From Vitrella brassicaformis CCMP3155 (taxonomy: Eukaryota > Protista > Chromerida): DNA of 64,000 nt. A program made the translations under genes and the position numbers. Shown piece after piece: positions 57,522 to 64,000 of this stretch; positions within the stretch are counted from its first letter, which is position 1, and each line of letters starts with the position of its first letter. The DNA is taken from contig CDMY01000321.1 in the NCBI GenBank assembly GCA_001179505.1, positions 58,687-122,686 on the forward strand, read 5' to 3'. Under the pieces are notes generated by a model that was not told the origin of the DNA, ran no database searches, and saw nothing but the letters and a program-made list of their open reading frames with translations.

Positions 57522-58554
57522 TGTAGGTGACGAGCCACCCATCCTACGCCCAGACCTTCTCCCGACTCAGAATCCGGCGGGCTTTAACGCGAGACAAGAC
57601 CAAGCTCTCCGACAGCACCACCATAGCCACCACCCAGCCTGACCAGCAGCTGAACCAGCCCCCAATGGCCAGGAAGAGTGTTAGCTTCGTCGACCATCTC
57701 GCCGAGCCGCCAAATATTGACGACACAGAAGGAGGAGATCTCGAGTCCAACAAGACCGCCAATGACGACATAGCGTCCTTCTGTCCGTCATTCGATTTCA
57801 GCGCCCTCTCATCTGACGCCGTCTTCGGGCCGTGGGACACCCAAGTCGGCAAGCACGCCGGCGACCTGGCCCTGCCGGAAGAGGTCACCGAATCAGCCCC
57901 GCCTGAGATCGACTCCTCCCCCACCACCGCCAGCAGGAAGCTGACCGAGGTCGCCACCCCGCTCGGCGCGCAAGCGGCAGACGTGCCGCTCGTGGCGGAG
58001 TCGTGTCCTCCGACATTCACACATGAGCCTGAGGCCGAGGCCGCCAAGACCATACCCTCAGAGAACACCGGCCACACGAGCGTGGAAGTGGCGCGGCTCA
58101 TCAACAACAACACCGATCGCGACGAGACGGACGGCTCCGGTGGCAGCGGCGCTGAAACCGGTCTGATTTTCGTGCTCTTCTGCAGTTTCTTCAGCATCGG
58201 GGTGCTCCATCTGTGCTGGTCGAAGCTCGGCAACAAGTCCTTCTTCAACATCGGAGTCAAGCCCGAAGCGTTTCTGTCGCTCGAGCTACTGGCACTGGTC
58301 GGCTATGTCCCTATGCTCTTACTGCAGGTCAGACGATGCAGAGAACGCACAAATCCCGTCATCCATCCATCCATCCATCCACCTGTTGCCTTCTCTTTCT
58401 CCTTTAGCTTCTGACGGTGTTTATGAGCGGCGGCGATGGTGAGGTGGCTGATGCGGTTCCCGCCGCGACCATGGCGGCCGTTTTGCTGGCGGTCGTCAAC
58501 ATTGCGGGGGTGCTGATACGCTTCGTGCGGGGGCGGTGCGGCAATCGTGCGTGA
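54635..58554 (+). CDS. PAN/Apple-domain multipass membrane protein, paralog C (apparently intact)
   Basis: Signal MGGVVVSFVLIYSCIIGRVHS, two Apple domains, 6-7 hydrophobic segments, large acidic loop. Ends RFVRGRCGNRA* at 58552-58554. Confidence 0.8.
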
Positions 58555-60378
58555 GCATGAACATGACCATGCCGACCGACCGACGTGAGTGAGTGAGTGC
58601 AGATAGTCTCTGTTGCGTTACGTGCATTCACGAGTGTGGGACTTTTTTTACGACACGGGGGCATCGTATGGCAGACGGACTGGTGTGTTTTGCTGAGAGT
58701 GTGAGAATGTGAGAGTTGAGTTTTACAGCTCTTCCTGCCTGCCTGCCTTTGTCTCCCCTCTGTGTGGCGTTGGTTTGCTTCCGGTTTTATATTCATGTTG
58801 TCGTTGTCGTTGCCCCATTTGTCCATCCATCAGCCTTGTTGATCCCTCCTTTGTTGGTTGGCCGTGTGTGTGGTGTCTGTCGATGTGTGTTGTGTGTTGT
58901 GTGAGTGTGTGTCTGTGTCTGTGTGTGTGTGATTTGCACGTTTTGGAATGCTACCTACTCATGAGTGGGGTGGGGCTCGCACGACTACGTATATGCGGTC
59001 TGAGTTTTTGAGGGCGACGGCTGCACGTCTAAGTGTATCTCATTGCAACCCCCTGCCTTGCTGCTGCACGGAGGAATGGTCATGATGGTGCTTCATCTGT
59101 GTTGTCTTTTCATTTGGGTGCTCGGGTGGATGTGCCGGCCATGCGGCTGTGTCGTCGGCACATACGGTTCGCTTCCTGGAGGCCGGGTACCATGTGTGTT
59201 TACATGGTACACGGCATACGCACGTATTGCTACGCCAGTCTCGGTACGTTCGTGTGGATGTCTTATATATCGCGTTCATGGCTCCCGCTGTGCCCGCCTG
59301 CCTGTCTGGTGACGCTGTCCGCTGTGTGTGTGCGTGTGTTCCTCTTCGTGTTGGGGTTGGGCTGTTGGGGAGCATTGTGTGCGTGCACGTTGTTGCGTTG
59401 TGTTGGGTGCCATGTAGCTGCGGGTACGGCGGCAGTGTCGTTCGGATAAAGGGGATAGATAGACGGGCGACAGAACAGGGAGGGCAGGCCTAGCAGCAGC
59501 AGCAGGAGGGCGGGCAGGGGAGGCGAATGCTGCATGACGACAATGCATTGATTCTGACAACGACTCGTTAACGTGGGAGGCGATGACATGCAGCACTGTC
59601 CGTTTGTCTGTCTGTCTGTCAGCGTGCGTTTCTCTTTTCTTACATGAGTGCGTGGGTGTTCATCCTTCGCAGTGACGAAGGGCAGTGGGTGGGCGGTTGG
59701 GGTGGCTGGGTGTTAACAGGTTGCTGGGTGGCTGGGTGTAGTGCTTGGTCGCGGCCCCCTCGGTTCTCTCCCTTCTCTCGTTGCTTCTCGATTGCGATGC
59801 GTAAGTGTGTCCGTCCGTCGGTGTGTTCACTATGTTCACTATCTCGTTGTATGTCTGTCTGTTTCTCACTCTCTCTCTCTCTCTCTCTCTCGCTGCGTCT
59901 TCTGAGTCAAGTTCTGACTGGTCTCCTAACGGGCTCTCTCTTGAGAACACAAAGACGAGCGAGCAAGTAGCGCATCGGATCTGTCGGTCTGTCTGTCTGT
60001 CAGTCTGTCTGTCTGTCAGTCTGTCTGTCTGCCTGTCTGTCTGTCGCCTGTGAGCACTTGTTTCTCTCGGTCTGTTGTGTGTGTGGCTGTATACATGCTA
60101 CAAGCCTGTCCGTCTTGCATGGCTGCCTGCCTCTCGCTCTCTTTGTCTGCCTGCCTGGCTGCCTGCCTGTGTTGTTCTTCTTCTCTCTGTCCTGTCCTTC
60201 TCTCTGGGTGGGGTGGGTGTTCGTCTGTCTGACTTCTACGGATGGATCAGTCCCATTCACATGGTGGGTGGATGCATCCGTGTCGTGCGTGCGTTGGTTG
60301 GTGGTGCGTACCTTAAGGCTACAGCGCGTTCCCTGTAGAGTTGTAGAGGATTCTCTTGAGGGACAGGGGGTCCCCTCT

Positions 60379-60855
60379 TGATCCGTAGTTGATCTATGCC
60401 GTTGGGTCGCAGTCGCTTGCGTGGCGCGCTGTGGCCTGGTTTGACTTCGTGCTGTCAGTCAGAGTGGGGTGGATCAGTCACATGGATCCAGATGCAAGCA
60501 GTCCTTTAACGCTGTTCATGCTGCAGGCGCATGGACAGATGAGTGAGTTTTTCGATCGGCCATGCATTGCAATGCATTGCTGACATACATGTGTGATTGA
60601 TGTTCATACCGTGCGAACGAACGCTTGCTTGTTGTGGGTGTCCCGTCCCGTCCCGTCCCGTCCATGTGGTTCTATGAGGCTTGCCTGTTGTATGTATGTG
60701 TGTGGTGTGGTGTGGTGTGGTGTTTGTGGCATTTTATGGATGTGCGGGCTTGTGAACTTCTGTATGTTGAGGTCTCCTGACTCAAGGCATCCTAAGGTTG
60801 GTTGAATCCCCTGTCTGATCCGTAGTTGATCTATGCTGTGGGCCGCAGTCGCTTG
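60379..60855 (+). repeat. Two imperfect ~40-nt direct repeats (60379-60419 and 60816-60855)
   Basis: Core TGATCCGTAGTTGATCTATGC..GGGYCGCAGTCGCTTG in both copies, with weaker flanking similarity. Confidence 0.8.
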
Positions 60856-61299
60856 GATGCTGTCTGTGTAGTGAGTGATGCGGCTTCGCTTCATGCTGTC
60901 GTGTGCGTATAAGTGTATTGTCTCGCGTGTTGTGGGCCGTGTGCGTGCGTCTGTGTGATCTGGGCGACGCAGCCCTGCCTTCGTACGGTGGGAGAGGGAC
61001 AGAATTGCTTGGGGCTCGAACATGAAGTCGGTTTCCAACGGCTGGACGCATGGTCATTAACACACTTGCTGTAGTGTGAGGACTATACATGTGTGGACGA
61101 GTCAGTGAGATCTGCGCGAACGAATTGAGTAACCAGCAATGGTCCTAGCTTGCGCGATCCAAAAGAAGACTTGTGTGTCTCATCCATAGGAAGCCCTTTG
61201 GCTGTCCATCTTCAGCCAGCCTCCCGTCACACATGCTTATTGCCCACAGTGTTGCTACTCAAAAACAACAGCAACGCAACCATCGATATCAGTCAGTCA

Positions 61300-64000
61300 T
61301 CACAACCACACAACGCTGTAAGGCTCAGCCACATCGAGGTCCACCTTCACCTCGCCCTCCCAATCCACCACCACACGGCCCTTCTCATCAGCGGAAAACG
61401 TCTCGCCTTTCCCCTCCCTCACCCCCTCCCCCTCTCTCTCCAGCGCAACAATCACCTTACCCTTCGGCAACGCCTTCATCACACTCGCTGCAGCTGCTGC
61501 TGTGTCCCGTGTCGCATTAGTTGCATTGCTGTCCACCCGTACTTCCGCCAAAGCTAGTTTCGCGTTCAGCCGGCTAATTTCGGCTTTTTGTTGCTGTGTG
61601 GTGTGGGCGGCGTCGCTGGCCTGCTCTTCGGCCAGCACCAGTCTTGCGCTCAGCCGGCTTATCTCGGCTCTCTGGTCGCTGACTTTGCGACTGAATCGGT
61701 GCATGGCTTCGTCCAGGGCACGTTGATGGGCTGCACAGACGTCCGTGAGGTTCTCTTCGCCGACGGCAGCTGCCTTTTCAGTGCCTTGATGCCGCAGCGG
61801 CAAAGATACGTCATCTGTATCTGCTTCAGCAACTGTAGACAAAGCCTGCAGGCATAAGCACAGAGTGACGGGACGCACGTGTGGGAGGGAGTAGGACGTC
61901 GTTACCTCTATCTGGCCCCTGAGATAGCCGCACCCCGATTCAGTCTGCACACACACAGAGAAGACGCAGTCAACTGGCATCCGTGTCTTCTGTGCTGTTC
62001 CCCTCGATCTCCTGTGCTGTACGTACCTGATGTCGCAGCCTTTCCGCCAACTTGTTGGCCTCCTCCAACCTGCAGACAGACAAACCAGCCAGCAATACGA
62101 CACGCAGACAGACTGCAGGCACCCGTTCCACCCCCCTCACTTGAACAGTGCCATGTTCCACTTCTCCTTGACCGTCTCAATGTCGTCCTCTTCCTCACTC
62201 TCAGCAGCCTCCGACTGCCCTCCCTCGCTGCCCCCGATCGACAGCGACGCCCGCGACATGCGTGGCGTCATGAAGTCCGCCTGCGTCCCCGCGTCCTCGG
62301 TGGGGCGGAAGGGCAGGGTGGGGCTCTGCTTGAGGGTGCGCACTGGTTCCACCTGAGCCATCATCTCCCTGTCCCCAGATGGCACGGCCGTCCATCTGCC
62401 GGTGCCTGCCGTCTGTTGGCGGATGAAGGGCACATGCTGCGCAATCGAGATGTCTTCCTGCCGTCGGCGGCCGGCTGCTACCGGTGACTCCTCTTTCTCC
62501 TACAACAGGTGAGAGCAAATGCGCTCCCGACTGATGTGATACCCACGTGGGAACAAAAGCATGGATTGCATGCCATGCTCGTACCGGTTCGGCAGCAAAC
62601 CTGACGGTCATGCTGCGGTTGAGCCTCAGTTTGTCCTTTCCCCCAGGAGTCTCGTCACCGAAGAGGTCGTCGACTTTGATCGTCATCTGATCACACGTGT
62701 ACGAAGAGGGCAGATGGTCGTTCACTCCTGCAAGTGCGTGTCCCCGTGCTGTACAAACATACCTGCCGGTCCAGCAGCGCACGTTCCATCGGCTCGGCGC
62801 TGTCCACGACGGCCGTCTTCTCCATGTCCCTCTCGTCGAATGACCTCCCGCTCCTGGCCGACTGGTGAAGCGACTGAGAGGCCTGCGACTCCCACCACCG
62901 GCGTAGGCAGGTCTGTCACCACTCAGCTGACTTCTTCGCCGCATTTGGGGGACCGGCAGATCACGGACTGTTCTTGGGGTTTCGGACCTCTCCGTTCTTC
63001 TGTGAGGATCTGATGAAGAAATGCACCAGGAAAGACGGGAGAGGCTGCCTATGGATGCGATCCACTTGTACAAGCTCGCACGGCGTGGGGTTCTGCTGCC
63101 GTGGGGTTCTGTTGCCTTTTCTCTTCCCCTTGTAGCCTTCTCTCCTCCCCTCCATTACCGCCGGCGCTGCATTCACTACGGCACGATCAGCATCGAAGAG
63201 CCCGGCTGTCGATAAGCTCATTCGCGGGCCTCGAAGACCGTCCTGGACGTCCTGCAGCACACACAGACGTCCAGCTACTCATACAGGCTCAGCGCCTATT
63301 GCCCGCCGTAGCTGCAGCACGTCCGTCTTGTCTTTTCCCTCCCATCCCATGTCGATATAGTATTGTGGGCGCCGAGGCGGCAGGAGCGTCGGACTGATGG
63401 AGAGCCAGGCGTCGCCCAGCATCATGACTGGCCCTGTCGCCACGGAATACCCCATGCCGATGAATGCGGAGGCACACCCGTACCTGCACCCGTTGTCGCA
63501 CATAGTCAAGCGTAGGTATATACACCGGAGCGGAGGGAGCGTCGCTGCAGGTGGGCAGGGGAGTGCACGGGTTTGTTTGGCGAGTGCGTTGCATTGTCGT
63601 GGGCATGTCTGATGCGTGTGGTGTGTCTGTTTGCAGGTTGTGTTGTTAGCAAGAGGGATGAGACCGAGTGTGTGTCCTTCACGAGCATCGGCGGCACCTC
63701 TGCCCTCTTCTCGGGCATACAGAGCTGCATGCACACATCATCAGGTACCGCCCACCCACACACCACACCCACATACGCACACAACAACCTTTCCACATAG
63801 ACACCACACACATCCATCTCTGTGGTTCCTCTGTCTGTTTGTCGTCTCGTCTCCCCCCAGACCCCCTGAGTATGTCGTTGCCTCCGTTCTTTCCCCCGTC
63901 CGACGTGCACGACCCCTCCCCCTTCATGCCGCCAGCCAGCAACTCACCATACGGCGCCAAGTCACCCGACCGCCACGCACGCGCGCACTCGGCTGTTTTC
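61300..64000 (-). CDS. Hypothetical multi-exon protein with C-terminal coiled coil; probably starts right of the window
   Basis: Coding-like exons (SEAAESEEEDDIETVKEKWNMALF; QRAEISRLSARLVLAEE). Upstream exon linkage is unresolved and could be two genes. Confidence 0.42.

Noticed and set aside
131-63960. Most ORFs in the six-frame track (CVCVCV, HTHTHT, DRQTDR-rich or antisense)
   Set aside because: They translate intronic microsatellites or the antisense strand of GC-rich exons, and they conflict with spliced models that carry recognisable motifs.
1-64000. CRISPR arrays, rRNA, tRNA, transposase or reverse-transcriptase genes, prokaryotic operons
   Set aside because: No repeat-spacer arrays or recognisable RNA-gene or mobile-element motifs were seen, and pervasive spliceosomal introns show eukaryotic nuclear DNA. 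tRNAscan-SE and Infernal would be needed to exclude small RNAs.

Overview
Eukaryotic, GC-rich, intron-dense nuclear DNA. It most resembles a chromerid alveolate such as Vitrella brassicaformis; this is an inference from bipartite plastid-targeting leaders, an alveolin-like repeat, PAN/Apple proteins and microsatellite-rich short introns. About 24 spliced gene models or fragments can be built by hand: TRIR-like, CSP41a, MAPR/cytochrome b5-like, a zinc-finger protein, a histidine phosphatase, SPEF1, a PDK1-like kinase with a DFD motif, an EF-hand/C2/pseudo-BPNT1 fusion, Tic20, a type I membrane protein, an ARM-repeat protein, a p25-alpha-like protein, a PPR protein, three PAN/Apple multipass paralogs, three alveolin-like copies and two members of an unknown family. 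There are four 300-N placeholder gaps. No rRNA, tRNA, CRISPR array or transposase was recognised. Most notable observations: (1) nine head-to-head gene pairs with short spacers, eight carrying the exact octamer TGCGAGCT; (2) introns with 5' (CA)/(CAGA) and complementary 3' (TG)/(TCTG) tracts; (3) a putatively myristoylated EF-hand protein fused to a catalytically degenerate BPNT1/IMPase fold with an inserted C2 domain; (4) an Apple-domain multipass receptor-like family with a conserved PP1-docking motif and intron sliding and gain/loss between paralogs. Exon boundaries were derived by eye and no database search was run.
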